Source: Mobula hypostoma
Taxonomy: Eukaryota
NCBI RefSeq assembly: GCF_963921235.1
Contig: NC_086097.1
Location: 251,722,001 to 251,786,000 of the forward strand
DNA: 64,000 nucleotides
Direction of reading: 5' to 3'
A program made the position numbers and the translations under genes. The notes under the pieces are model-generated. The model worked only from the letters and a program-made list of their open reading frames with translations. It was not told the DNA's origin and did no database searches. Below are positions 26,493 through 40,314 of this stretch, piece after piece; positions within the stretch are counted from its first letter, which is position 1, and every line of letters starts with the position of its first letter.

Positions 26493-27099
26493 TTAAAAAA
26501 CAGATAGCAGAATAGAGTGTTACCGTTCCAGAGAGAGTGCTGTGCAGACAGACAGTGAGGTGCAAGGCCACAATGAGGTGTATTGTGAGGTCAAGAGTCC
26601 ATCTGATCACATGAAGGGACACACAGTAGTCTGATAACAGCAGGATAGAAGCATCCTTGAGCCTGTTGGGACGTGCTTTCAGGCTTTTGTATCTTCCGCC
26701 TGATGGGAAAGGGAAGGAGAGAGAATGTTTGGGGTAGGTGGAGTCCTTGATGATGTTCGCCACTTTACTGAGGCAGCAGAAAGTGTTGACGGAATCCATG
26801 GAAGGAGGGTTGGTTTCCCAGATGTGCTGAGCTGGGGCCACAGCTCTCTGCAGTTTCGTGTGGTCATGCACGGGCATTGTATCATCCTGATGCAAGACCT
26901 GTGAGTGTTGATGAAGAGTCTTGGCCCAAAATGTCAACTGCTTATTCCTCTCCGTTGATGCTGCCCGACCTGCTGAGTTCCTCCAGCATTTTGTGTGTGT
27001 TGCACTGGATTTCCAGCATCTGCAGAAGCTCTTGTATTTTTGCAGGGCCCATGGTCGGTGTGGTTATTATTGACTGTATGTGCTGAATTGTAACTATAT

Positions 27100-27520
27100 C
27101 AAGTCAAAGGAAATTCATTATCAAAGTATGCATGTATACTTAATGCACCCTTGAGATTTGTCTTCTTACAGGCAGCTACAAAACAAAGAAACCCAATAGA
27201 ACCCATTAAAACAAAAGAAGACCGTCAAACACCCAATATGCAGAGAAAAAAACATGCAAACAATAAAAGTAAGCAAATAGCGTTCAGAACTGAAGTTGAC
27301 AAAAGTGATTTCACACTGTGATACTATCAGGCCACAGCCACAGTTCAGTGCAGAGACGAGTAAACCTCGTGGAGTAACGAATTGAAGTTCAGCGCGGAGA
27401 CGAGTAAAGTTTGCGGAGCAGGTGATTTGAACTGGTCTGTGCTTTGCTTCAGCCCCGACACCCTATCCTTTTCAATCTAGCCCAGGGCTTAAATTGTCCA
27501 GACCTTGCTCTCGGACTCGG
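27100..27520 (-). mobile_element. Non-coding retroposon/LINE 3'UTR-type element related to 55452-55675
   Basis: Shared T.ATCAAAGTATG..., CAGGCAGC..AAACAA.GAAA.CAAT.GAACCC motif order. Confidence 0.55.
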
Positions 27521-27816
27521 ACCCTTCCACTTCAATATGCTCTTGGGGTGGTGCTCTGCCACCTCAATTCGGCCCGTACCCAACCTGACTTGGCGCTTAA
27601 GTCGATCACCTCAAGTCTTTCCTCACTCTCAGGCCCAGGTCCGGGTTCCACCACCTCAACTCTGCATCACCTCTGCTCACCTTGCCTCAGTTCTGCCGAA
27701 TCGAATTGCCTCCAAGTTTGCTCCAAGAATGGTCACCAGATATTGACTCATTCCCCGCTCTCCAGCTTGGTTCAGCCCTTACACACCATGCCACAGCCGC
27801 CCTGCACCTTCCAGAC

Positions 27817-28440
27817 TTCATTCCAAGAAAACTAGAGTATAAAAGCAAGGATGTAATGTTGAAATTTTATAAAACACAGCTGAGGACTTGTTTGGAGTAC
27901 TGTGAGCAGGTTTGGTCTCCTCATCTTAGAAAGGACGCGCTGAAACTGGAGAGAGTTCACAGGAGATTCACGAAAATGATTCCAGGATTGAATGGCTTGT
28001 CATATGAAGAGCGTTTGACGGCTCTGGGCCTGTTTTCACTAGAATTCAGAAGAATGAGGGGTGACCTCATTGAAATCTATCGAATGGTGAAAGGCCTCGA
28101 AAGAGTATATGTGGAGAGGATGTTTCCTACGGTGAGAGAGTCTGAGACCAGAGGACACAGCCTGAGAATAGAGGGGCGTCCTTTAAGAATGGAGATGAGG
28201 AGGAATTTCTTTAGCCAGAGAGTGGTGAATCTGTGGAATTCTTTGCCACAGGCAGCAATGGAAGCCAGGTCTTTATGTATATTTAAGGCAGAGGTTGATA
28301 GATTCTTGATTGGTCAGGGCATGAAGAGATGTGGGGAGAAGGCAGGAGATTGGGGCTGAGAGGAATATTGGATCAGCCATGATGAAATGGTGGAACAGAC
28401 TCAATGGGCCTAATTCTGTTCCTATATCTTATGGTCTTAC
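27817..28440 (+). mobile_element. CR1 3' fragment
   Basis: LEYKSKDVMLKFYK..RVVNLWNSLP; TCTTATGG tail. Confidence 0.9.
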
Positions 28441-29364
28441 GGGCTTCTATGGTAAAATATACATTATGTACTTCGTTAATAAACTTACTTTGAATTTTGT
28501 ACAGGAATTAAGACTGCCCCAGTGGGAACTGCAGACATTGCTTAAATTGTGGAGGTTGTATAAAACTCTGTAAGTCCGGTTCACTGGTTCACTGGTCAGA
28601 CGGATGGCGGGGGTCTGTATGGCCTCAGCTGTAGTGAGGACTCGGGCTAAAGCTGCAGGCTTGCATGTTGCAGCTGTCCAGGAGAGGATTCGCTGGGTTG
28701 GGGTAGTGCAGTGTCCATGCTGGGTCCTTCCTGTGTGTGTTGCCCTCCAGTGTTCTCTCAGTGGTAGACAAGCTGGATTGCTTGCGTGCAGATGTGCAGC
28801 CGCAAGCTGCTTGTTCTCGTCAACAACACCCATGCACTATCAGTTTACAGGACATGACACTCAGGGACTGGGGCTACGTATACTTTTTTCTTCATGTGAC
28901 TGTATGCTTGCTGCTATCTTCTCTGTGTTATGTGTGCCTCGTGCTGTGTGTGACTGTTGGTACTGTGTTTTGCACCTTGGTACCAGAGTAACACTGTTTC
29001 ATTTAGCTGTATTCCTGGGTATTCTTGTATGGTTGAATGACAATTAAACTTGAACTTGAATGAGGAGGGTAGAAATGACTGGGACCAGAACTAGAATATT
29101 CAAGGTTGGGCTGAGAGAGTAGATGCACAAACGATGGTGTAGGGAGACATAGTTAAACACTGAATTCCAATTATTAATCCCCATTCCACAATCCTATCAC
29201 TGCAGTATAAACTTCGTGTAACTTTTTGTTAAATAGAAGCTCAATTCTTCATAATTATTGCTTATTTATTTACTATTATTATTATTATTTCTATTGTATT
29301 TGGAGTTTGTTGCCTTCTGTACTTTGGTTGAATGCCCTCATTGGACAGTCTTTCATTGATTCTG

Positions 29365-29577
29365 AGCAGGCCAGGCAGCATCTATAGGAAGAGGCGCAGT
29401 CGACGTTTCAGGCCAAGACCCTTCGTCAGGACTAACTTCAGTTAGTCCTGACGAAGGGTCTCGGCCTGAAACGTCGACTGCGCCTCTTCCTATAGATGCT
29501 GCCTGGCCTGCTGCGTTCACCAGCAACTTTGATGTATGTTGCTTGAATTTCCAGCATCTGCAGAATTCCTGTTGTTT
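29365..29577. mobile_element. Penelope pLTR insertion in inverted (hairpin) configuration
   Basis: 72-bp arms 29365-29436/29441-29512, one mismatch; flanking duplication TTCATTGATTCTG. Confidence 0.85.
29443..29480 (+). ncRNA. Minimal type I hammerhead ribozyme motif (mirror copy on - strand ~29397-29434)
   Basis: Stem I TAGTC/GACTG, core CTGACGA, stem II AGG/CCT, GAAA, palindromic ACGT stem III, GTC cleavage triplet (after 29475). Confidence 0.7.
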
Positions 29578-30449
29578 TCATTGATTCTGTTGTGGTTGTT
29601 ATTCTATAGATTTATTGAGAATGCCCACAAGAAAATGAATCTCAGAGTTGTATATAGTGACATATTTATTTATTTATTTATTATGTGGAATAGGCCTTTC
29701 CGGAACTTCAAGCCAGCTCGCTATACTGTAAAGGATTGTGCTAACCACTACCCTATCGTAGTGCCCCAATATGTACCTTAATCATAAATTTACTTTGAAC
29801 TTTGAACTTTTTGAACTTAAATTCCCTAGATTATAATGGTGGATTTCACCATTTTCTGACATACAGGTTTGCTTCAGCTATCAACACTCAATAGACCCAT
29901 GGTAGCCTATAGGAAGTCAAATATCCATGTAAACTCTCTGCCTCACAGTGAACATTGCCTTAAAATGAAATACTGTGTAGAATTTCCCCTCAGGTTCCCT
30001 GTATCCAGTGTGAGAAAATACCATACAAGGGGAACCTGTGGGGGAATTTCTTCATTCAGAAGGTAGTGTGAGCATGGAACCAGCTGCCAGCGGGTGTGGT
30101 GGGTGCAGGTTCAATTTCAACGTTTAAGATAAATTTGGATAGGTACATGGATGGGAGGGCCATGGTCCGGGTCAAAGAGCCTGTTTCTGTGGTGTAGTGC
30201 TCTGACTATATGACTGTCATCAGATAAGTACAAGGATGAGAGGGCCATGGTCCAGGTCGAAGGGCCTGTCGTGCTCTATAACTATCAGACTCTATCGTGG
30301 CCTTATAGATTCGGTAGTTCAAGATGGAGAGTTTCAATAAAATGGATTTGAGGATCAGTTCCCCACTGGTTGTTTGTCTGTCTCTGTTTGTGTGCAGCTT
30401 TTCATTGATTCCATTGTATTTCTTTGTTCTGCTGCGAATGCCAAGAAAT

Positions 30450-33205
30450 GCCGGATGTTGCCAGGACTGAGGATCTGTGTTATAAGGAAAGCTTGAATAG
30501 GTTAGGACTTTATTCCTTGGAACGTAGAAGATTGAGAGGAGATTTGATAGAGGCATACAAAATTATGAGGAGTACAGATAGGGTATATACAAGGTTTTTG
30601 CACGGAGGTTGGGTAAGACTACGACTGGAGGTCATGGGTTAAGGGTGAAAGGTGAAAAGTTAAGGGGAACTTGAGGAGAAACCTCTTCCCTCAGAGGATT
30701 GTGAGAGTGTGGAATGAGCTGCCAATACAAGTGGTGCATGCGAGCTTGATTTCAATATTTAAGAGAAGTTTAGATAGATACATGGATGGGAGGGATATGG
30801 TCTGGATGCAAGTCGATGGGAGTACTTTATACTTTATTGTCGCCAAATAATTGGTACTAGAACGTACAATCATCACAGCGATATTTGATTCTGCGCTTCC
30901 CACTCCCTGGATTACAAATATTAAATATTAAAAATAGTAAAAATTAGTAAATATTAAAAAAAATTATGTATCATAAATAGAAAATAGAAAAATGGAAAGT
31001 AAGGTAGTGCAAAAAAAGACCGAGAGGCAGGTCTGGATATTTGGAGGGTACGGCCTAGATCCGGGTCAGGATCTGTTCAGCAATCTTATCACAGTTGGAA
31101 AGAAGCTGTTCCCAAATCTGGCCGTACGAGTCTTCAAGCTCCTGAGCCTTCTCCCGGAGGGAAGAGGGATGAAAAGTGTGTTGGCTGAGTGGGTCGTGTC
31201 CTTGATTATCCTGGCAGCACTGTTCCAAAAGCGTGCGGTGTAAAGTGAATCCACAGTCGGAAGATTGGTTTGTGTGATGTGCTGCACCGTGTTCACAATC
31301 TTCTGCAGCTTCTTTCGGTCTTGGACAGGACAACTTCCATACCAGGTTGTGATGCACCCTAGAAGAATGCTTTCTATGGTGCATCTATAAAAATTAGTGA
31401 GGGTTTTAGGGGACAGGCCAAATTTCTTTAGTTTTTTCAGGAAGTAAAGGCACTGGTGGGCCTTCTTGGCAGTGAACTCTGCTTGGTTGGACCAAGTCAG
31501 GTCATTTGTGATATTGACCCCGAGGAACTTAAAGCTTTTGACCTGTTCCACTTGCACACCACCGATGTAAATGGGGTCGTGCGGTCCGCTACTCCTTCTG
31601 AAGTCAACAACCAATTCCTTCGTCTTGCTGACGTTGAGGGATAGGTTATTGTCTTCGCACCATGCCACCAGGTTCTTAATTTCCTCTCTGTACTCAAACT
31701 CATCATTACTCGAGATACGGCCTACAATTGTGTCATCAGCAAACTTATATATTGAGTTTGATGGAAACTTGGCTACACAATCATAGGTGTACAGTGAGTA
31801 CAGCAGGGGGCTGAGTACACAGCCTTGTGGGACACCGGTGCTCAGAGTGATCGTAGAGGAGAGCTTGTCCCCTATTTTTACAGCCTGGGTCCTGTCTGTG
31901 AGGAAGTTGAAGATCCAGCTGCAGATCTGAGAGCTAAGGCCCAGGTTCCGGAGCTTAGGAATCAGTTTATTTGGAATGATGGTATTAAAGGCAGAGCTGT
32001 AGTCAATGAAAAGGAGCCTTACGTATGCGTCTTTTTTCTCCAGGTGTTCTATGGAGGAATGTAGGGCCAGAGAGATGGCATTGGCTGTTGACCTGTTGCT
32101 CCGGTAGTCGAATTGCAAAGCGTCGAGGTTGACCGGTAGGCTGTGGTTGATGTGTGCCATAATCAATCTCTCAAAGCACTTCATAGCAATTGATGTCTGA
32201 GCCACAGGTCGATAGTCATTCAGGTATGCTACCTTGCTCTTCTTCGGCACTGGGATTATCGTTGCCTTCTTAAGACACAAGGGGATCTTAGACTGAAGCA
32301 AGGAGCAGTTGAAGATGTCAGCAAACACTCCAGCTAGCTCGCTTGCACAGGCCCGGAGAACACGTCCTGGGACGCCATCTGGGCCCGTCGCCTTCCTTGG
32401 ATTTATCTTCAGGAAGGTCCTTCTGACGTCCTCCTCGGTGACGATGAATCTCGATGCCACCAGGTCCGGTTCATCCGGAGGGAGCGGGACACTCCTCTTC
32501 TGTTCGAATCTTGCGTAGAATACGTTAAGTTCGTCAGGAAGAGAAGCACCACAGTTAATGATATTCCCAGCCTTTTCTTTGCACCCAGTGATCTCATCTA
32601 GACCCTGCCATAGTCTACCGGCATCCTGGTTAGCCTGGGCTTCCAACTTGGCTCGATATTGCCTCTTGGCGCCCTTAATGGCTTTCCGGAGTTCACGCCT
32701 GGATTCCGTGTAGCGACCGGTATCCCCAGACCTAAAAGCTGCAGCTCTAGCCTTTAAAAGGGACTTGACCTCATAATTCATCCAAGGTTTCCGGTTAGGG
32801 AATACCCGGATCGTCTTGCGAGACACACAGTCTTCCGTGCATTTCCAAATAAAGTCCGTGACAGCTGAGGCATACTCATCGAGGTTAGCTGCCGAGTCCT
32901 TGAATACTGACCAGTCCACTGATTCAAAGCAGTCATGGAGGACCTCATCCTTTTCCCCCGTCCAACGCGACACTACTTTTGACACTGTGACCTCCCGCTT
33001 CAGTTCTTGTTTGTAAGCTGGGAGGAGGAGTACGGCCTGATGGTCCGATTTTCCGAAGTGAGGTCGTGGGACGGAACGGTAGGCATCCTTGACTCTGTGT
33101 AGCAGTGGTCAAGTATATTCGGGTAGCCAGTTTAAATGGTTTGACATGGTCAAGATGGGCCAAAGGGTCTGTCTCTGTGCTGTATTTTTCTATAACTCTT
33201 TGACT
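30450..33205 (+). mobile_element. CR1 3' fragment split by a Rex1-type LINE (pieces 30450-30822 and 33123-33205)
   Basis: RLGLYSLERRRLRGDL..; 3'UTR resumes after the insert. Confidence 0.75.
30822..33122 (-). mobile_element. Young 5'-truncated Rex1/Babar-type LINE with long open RT ORF
   Basis: ORF 31066-32985: KATGPDG, NDYRPVA, DYSSAFNTI, GVPQGCVLSP, KFADDT; endonuclease end (FGKSDH) just upstream; (AAGTAT)n tail. Confidence 0.92.
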
Positions 33206-34489
33206 CTGAAACGATTCTCAGGGTAGTATATATGTACTTTGAGAATAAATTTACTTGAAGAGAGATTGTCTGATCTTGTGACGCTGAGTGATGGTCCTCC
33301 TGTGTACGGCAAACCCTTCCACATCACTCCAACCCGTTCTCTTGACTGACGGGCTTGTTAAGGAGATTAGATGTGCTGCACACAATGAAATTTGAATGAG
33401 CCGCGGTCTGGCAGGAGAAAGTCTGTTAACTTCTGCCAGGGCAGCAGGAGGCAAAGAACCGGAGCCAAACGCTCACCAGTGCAAAATAATAAATTCCCAC
33501 AATACGCTCCTATCACACAATGCAATAGTGTGAAAAGAACTGAATGCGGTCATCACTGTAAACTAATTCTGTTACATGAGTAAAGTCTAGCACTGGAATA
33601 TTAATGAAAATCCTTTGTATTATTCAAGAGTGTCATATTTTTAAATATGCTCTTTATTCTGCAGATCTATGATTTTCATTTTTGTGTATATACTGTACGT
33701 AGCTTGCGTTCATAACACCATAAGACGTAAGAGTAAAAGTAGGCCATTCAGCCCATCGAGTATGCCCTGTGTGCATCTCTAAAACTGTGAAGAGAGCAAT
33801 CGAGTCATGGAACATTACAGCACAGAACTGGCCATCTAGTCTGTGCCAAACTATTGTTCTGCCTCATCCCACCGACCTGCACCAGGACCACAGCTCTCCA
33901 TACCCACCCCCCCACATCCATGTACCTATCCAAATTTCTGCTAAACATTGAAATCAAACCTATATTCACCACCTCTGTAGGTAGCTTGTAGCACTCTCAT
34001 CCTCTAAGTGAAGAAGTTCCCCCTCGTGTTCCCCTTAAATATTTAATCTTTCACCCTTAACCTATGACCTCTAGTTCTGATCTCACCCAGTCACCTTAAA
34101 ATCTTGCTTCCTCCTAGAAGCCATTCCCTCCCTGGGAAAAAGATCTCTGGTTATCCGTTCTATCTTTGTCTCTTATCATCTTGTACACCTCTATCAAGTC
34201 ACCTCTCATTTTCTTTCACTCCAGAGAGAAAAACCCTAGCTCACTCAACCTATCCTCATGGGAAATGCTTTCCAATCCAGGCAGCATCCTCTCTAAAGCT
34301 TCCACATCCTTCCTATAAGGAGATGACCAGAACTGGACATAGTATTCCAAGAACTGCTTGAAGATGCTGTCCGTGATTGGGATAAAGTTCCATGTTTACA
34401 AGCAACGCGCCGATCCTGTGCCCATAGTGTGGCCTGTCAGCAACGTTCTTTTCTACCAGTATCTTTTCAGATAGATGTAATGTGATCAC

Positions 34490-35525
34490 TCAAGTTGAGT
34501 ATGATGTTCTCCTAAGGGGTTGTCTATTGGTGTGTCCTCAGGTGCCTGTAGAGGCTGATCCAGGATCCACATATTCTGGTTCAGTGTGGACAAGAGTAAG
34601 TGGTGTCTGTGGTTAGTGGTTGGGTCTTTTGGTTGTTCAGTCTCTCCTTTCACAGCTGCCGTTTGTTCTCTGAGGCACAGTGTAGGATAAGACCGTAAGA
34701 TGTAGGAGCAGAATTAAGCCATTTGTCCCATCAAGTCTTCTCCGCCATTTCATCATGACTGATCCAGTTCCCTCTCAAACTCAATCTCCTGCCTCCCATA
34801 ACCCTTCATGCCCTGGCTAATCAAGAAGCTATCAACTCTACCTTAAAAATAAGCAATGTTTTGGCCTCTGCAGCTGCCCGTGGTAACAAATTCCACAGAT
34901 TCACCACTCTCTGGCTGAAGGAATTTCTCCCCATCTCCATTCTAAATAGACATCCCTGTATTCTGAAGTTGTGTCCTTTGGTGCTAGACTCCCTCACCAT
35001 AGGAAACATCCACTCAGTCGAGGCCTTTCAACATTTGATAGGTTTCAGTGAGATCCCCCCCCCCAACATTCTTCTGAATCCCAGTGAGTACAGGCCCTGA
35101 ACCATCAAATGGTTCCATCCTCAGATGACAAGCCTTTCAATCTCAGAATAATTTTTGTGAACCTCCTTTGAACCCTCTTCAATGTCAGCATATCCTTTTT
35201 TAAATAAGGGGCCTAAAACTGCTTGTAATACGCCAAGTGAGGCCTCACCAGTGGCCTCAACATTACATTGTTGCTTTTATATTCTAGCTCTCTCAAAATG
35301 AATGCTAACATCACATTTGCTTTCCTCACCACCGGCTCAACCTGCAAACTAACTTTTAGGGAATCCTGCACGAGGCCTCCCAAGTCCTTTTGAGTCTCAT
35401 GTAGCGCAGCTCCCCTTGAACAGATTTCCTCAAGGTGTATCTATTGAGAGTAACCTCTTCCCAGTTTTTCCATATAATGTTGAATTTCTTCCGACTAATC
35501 TTGACGTTATCTTTCACCTTTTCAG
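34490..35525 (-). mobile_element. RTE-clade 3' fragment split by a minus-strand CR1 (~34688-35392)
   Basis: Reverse: KDNVKISRKKFNI..NWEEVTLNR (35395-35525) and YSCPH*TRICGSWISLYRHLRTH (34530-34600). Confidence 0.7.
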
Positions 35526-35924
35526 ATACTGAACAGGCAAAAGCATTTGGTTATTGCTTAGCATGCGGATAACAGTACACTGACATTACCACTGAAGCCT
35601 CCAATGTTTATCCCCGAGAAAGTTAGTTAAGGGTGAGCATTGATGAGGGTGTTGGGAGAGGATTGTCACTGACGTGGAAGGTCTTTAACCTGCGGTTGGT
35701 TCAGCTGTGTAAATCTGGGATCGCCGGCCCTTGATCCAAATGATGTAATGTACTTAGTGACGCTTCGTCAATGACACCATGTCTCTGTTTGTCTGACTGA
35801 TTTACACAGACAACAAAGCAGTTTGTATATATTTGTGTTTAATTTTAAGCACTGCTGTCAGTCAGCAATTCCATCCTTCTACCACTTCCACCCACTCCAC
35901 TTCATCCATCAGTGCAATCCAAGG

Positions 35925-36720
35925 GGCAGTTCTCATTCGAGGATCGGAGCGGGAGAGGGTCAATAACTTTAAATTCCTTGCCGTTATCATATCAGAGTTC
36001 CTGTTTTGGCACCAGCATGTGAATGCCATCACAGCAGCACCTCTACTTTCCTGGTAGTTTGTAGAGATTCAGCATGTCATCTAAAACTTTGACAAACTTC
36101 TATAGATGCACAGTGTTGAGTATATTGACTGGCTGCATCACAGCATCATGGCCTGGTATGGAAATACCAATGCCCTTCGACGGAAAAAAATTAGAAAAAG
36201 TAGTGGATATGGCCCAGTCTGTCTCAGGTAAAGCCCTCCCCACCATTCAGCACATCTATAAGGAGCGCTGTTGCAGGAAAGCAGCTTCCATCGTCAAGGA
36301 CCCCATCATCCAAGCCATGCTCTTCTCTTACTACTACCAGTGGGCAGGAGGTACAGGAGCCTCAGGTACCACACTACCTGGTTCCAGAACAGTTATTCCC
36401 CTCCAACCATCTGACAACTGAACCAGTGTGCTTAACTTCACTCACCCCAACACTCACAACACACTGGAGGAACTCAGCAGGTCGGGCAGCATCCGTGGAA
36501 AAGATCGGTCAACGTTTTGGGCCGGAACCCTTCGTCAGGACTGTCCCTTCGTCAGAAACGTCAACCGATCTTTTCCACGGATGCTGCCCGACCTGCTGAG
36601 TTCCTCCAGCGTGTTGTGAGTATTGCTTTGACCCCAGCATCTGCAGATTATTTTGTGTTTACGATTCCGTCACCCCAACCCTGAACTGATTTCACTTCCA
36701 ATTTCAAAGATCCTCTCAGT
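35925..36720 (+). mobile_element. Old Rex1/L2-type fragment with an inverted pLTR insertion (~36452-36668)
   Basis: NFKFL, TLTNFYRCTV, RKAASIVKDP; insert flanked by TCACCCCAAC duplication. Confidence 0.75.
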
Positions 36721-38687
36721 ATTATAAATACGTGTGCACCCATTGGACACTTTATGGGATACCTCCTGCACCTAATAAAATGGCCACTGAGTATATGTTC
36801 ATCGTCTTCTGCTGCTGTAGCCCATCCATTTCAAGGTTCGACGTCTAGTGCATTCAGAGATGTTCTTCTGCACACCACTGTTGTAAGGTGTGGTTATTTG
36901 TCACCTTCCAGTGAACAGTGCAAAAAACAAAAAGCAGCCAGTGAGCAAATGTTCTGTGGGTGAAAGGTCAGAGGAGAATGGCCAGACTGGCTCAAGCTGA
37001 GAGAAAGGTGCCAGTAACCAAAATAACCATGAGTTACAAGAGTGGTATGAAGAAGAGCTTCTCTGAATTATGTACAGGAGGTATCAAATAAAGTGGCTGC
37101 TGGGTGTATGTATATATATATATATGTGTGTATATATACACACACAATTTGTACAATTTATCTCCTTTTACATATATTGTTTTTTGTCAGTTTTTGTTTA
37201 TGTGTAATTTTTCATGAATTCCATTGTATTTCTTTACTTTTCTTGTAGATGCTTGCAAGAAAATGAATCTCAAGGTGGCATACAATATAAGTATTTAGAT
37301 AATAAATTTACTGAAGGAAAAGGGAGGATTGTTTACAATGATCCCTGTATCAATGGCACACTTCCATTCACTTACTCAGAATGGCTGCTCATTCCTCAGA
37401 CAGAATACTGCTGTCAATTAAACAGCGAGGAGAGCCATTCCAGCCTGCAAGTTCAGAGCGGCAGACGAGGACAATGGAAGCAAAGTAGGCATGCTAATTA
37501 CTGCTGAATCCCGTCTCGCAGATGGAAAGCCGTGGTAACGGCCAGCTCCTAAAGGGGCATTTTGTCCCTACGGATTTTACCCACTGTGTGCTTTTCTTTG
37601 CTTCCAATTTTAACGTTATCAAGATTCCGCTGATTTCTAAAGCCTGCATTTCTAAAAGGAATACCACCTATTCTCTGAGCATTTTACTTCATCAACGAGG
37701 CCAAATCAAAAGCATAATAATAATAGCTTATTTATAGAGCACTTTCCATCCAGATGATGTAGTTCACCATGCTATACAATGGGATAAAGTGCAAACTTCG
37801 AAATAAAATTTAAAAAATAAAATAAACATAAAAATAAGAGATGAAAAGATGTCAGTTAAAAACAAGGTTAAATAAATAAATTTTGATCTGGAGTTTAAAA
37901 GTACTAACTGAGGCTCCATCTCTTATTGTTTTAGTTATTGAGTTCCACAGTTTAGGAGTGGAGTTTATTTATTTATTTATTGAGATCCAGTACTCAATCA
38001 GCCCTTCGTGCCACGTCGCCCAGCAATCCTCTGTTTTAACCTTAGCCTAATCCTGGAACAATTAACCTACAAATCAGTACGTCTTTGGACTGTGGGAGGA
38101 AACCAGAGCACCTGGAGGAAACCAACATGGTCACGAGGAGGATATACAAATTTCTTACAGACAGTGGAGGGAACAGAGCCCCAGTTATACTGTGCTAACC
38201 ATAACACTGTTAATGCTGTAACATGCTTTTTTTCCAAATACCAAAGTACACACGATCTGGGAATTAATGTCTGCTGTTAAGCAAAATGACTTTTCACGGA
38301 AGATCTGCAGGTGTTGGAAATGTGTTGCCTGACTCTTCACGGGCAGTTGATGCAGACACCAGCTGAACGGAGATTGTATGTATGAGGGATTGCTGTTTGT
38401 GTCAGCATTGAAACTATCTTATTTATTTCTTAAACTCAGTTCCCAAGTGAGACCTGAGGCTTGAAGTTCAAAAGATCACAGGAGTTCCATTCATTTGCCA
38501 CCCTCCTCAAATCCCAAAGGTGTCTTAATTCATGATTCAAGACTGTTTAATGTCATTTCCAGTACACAAGTGTAAAGGAGAACAAAATAATTGTTACTCC
38601 AGATCCGATGCAGCACAAAAAACATAACGCAATGAGAAAAAACAATACATACATAAGATAGCTTATTTACATAGATTGATTGTATGT

Positions 38688-39632
38688 CTACTTTTCGTGA
38701 TTTTTATTAACGACCTGGATGTGGGAGTAGAAGGGTGGGTTGGCAAGTTTGCAGACGACACAAAGGTTGGTGGTGGTGTGGATAGTGTAGAGGATTATCG
38801 AAGATTACAGAGAGACATTGATAGGATGCAGAAGTGGGCTGAGAAGTGGCAGATGGAGTTCAACCCGGAGAAGAGTGAGGTAGTACACTTTGGAAGGACA
38901 AACTCCAAGGCAGAGTACAAAGTAAATGGCAGGATACTTGGTAGTGTGGAGGAGCAGAGGGATCTAGGGGTACATGTCCACAGATCCCTGAAAGTTGCCT
39001 CACAGGTGGATAGGGTAGTTAAGAAAGCTTATGGGGTGTTAGCTTTCATAAATCGAGGGATAGAGTTTAAGAGTCGCGATGTAATGATGCAGCTCTATAA
39101 AACTCTGGTTAGGCCACACTTGGAGTATTGTGTCCAGTTCTGGTCACCTCACTATAGGAAGGATGTGGAAGCATTGGAAAGGGTACAGAGGAGATTTACC
39201 AGGATGCTGTCTGGTTTAGAAAGTATGCATTATGATCAGAGATTAAGGGAGCTAGGGCTTTACTCTCTGGAGAGAAGGAGGATGAAAGGAGACATGATAG
39301 AGTTGTACAAGATATTAAGAGGAATAGATAGAGTGGACAGCCAGTGCCTCTTCCCCAGGGCACCACTGCTCAATACAAGAGGACATGGCTTTAAGGTAAG
39401 GGGTGGGAAGTTCAAGGGGATATTGGAGGAAGGTTTTTCACTCAGAGAGTGGTTGGTGCGTGGAATGCATTGCCTGAGTCAGTGGTGGAGGCAGATACAC
39501 TAGTGAAATTTAAGAGACTACTAGACAGGTATATGGAGGAATTTAAGGTGGGGGCTTATATGGGAGGCAGGGTTTGAGGGTCAGCACAACATTGTGGGCC
39601 AAAGGGCCTGTACTGTGCTGTACTATTCTATG
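38688..39632 (+). mobile_element. 5'-truncated CR1 LINE nested in a minus-strand Rex1-type 3' end (38530-38687, 39633-39970)
   Basis: ORF 38676-39503 LFVIFINDLD..KFADDTK..RDLGVHVH. Confidence 0.9.
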
Positions 39633-40314
39633 TGACGCTAGGCACAGGAGTGTCTGTACATAAGGTGACTGACAGAAAATGATAAAGTAGTGGTGGTTGG
39701 GGGTGTGGAGGGGTGGGTTAGTGGGTGGAGGTGTTGATCAGCCTCACTGCTTGGGGAAAGTAACTGTTTTTGTGTCTGGTGGTCCTGGGTGGATGTTACG
39801 TAGCCTCCTCCCTGATGAATGCTCTGAAGTACACCCCATGAGCAGGGTGGGTGGAATCCTTCATGATGTTACTGGCCCTTTTCCAGCACCTTTCTCTATA
39901 TGTTTCCTTGATGCTGGGTAGGCTGGTGCCGGTGATGTGTTGGGCAGTTTTGACTACATGTTATAGAGCCCGATTATAATGTGAGTCTATGGAACCTACC
40001 TTGGCAATTATTGTCATGATTGTCATCTTCCTGTCTCGTGCCTCGAATAGTTTTATTATCTCTGACAAAAGAGATGGAAATTTTAATTATTTCTTTGGCG
40101 GTCCATTGGTATCAAGAATGGATTATTCAAAATTTATTTCATTTTGTCACTTTTATTCAACCCTCCATTTTATTTTTAAGAAATTAACATTTGAACACTT
40201 GTATTTTAACTCTTTGAGCATTTTAAGTACTCTTTAAGTCACAGGTTTCCAACCTTTTTTTATGCCATGGAGCGTTGCCATTAACCAGGTGGTTTGTGGG
40301 AACCCGCTTCAAGA

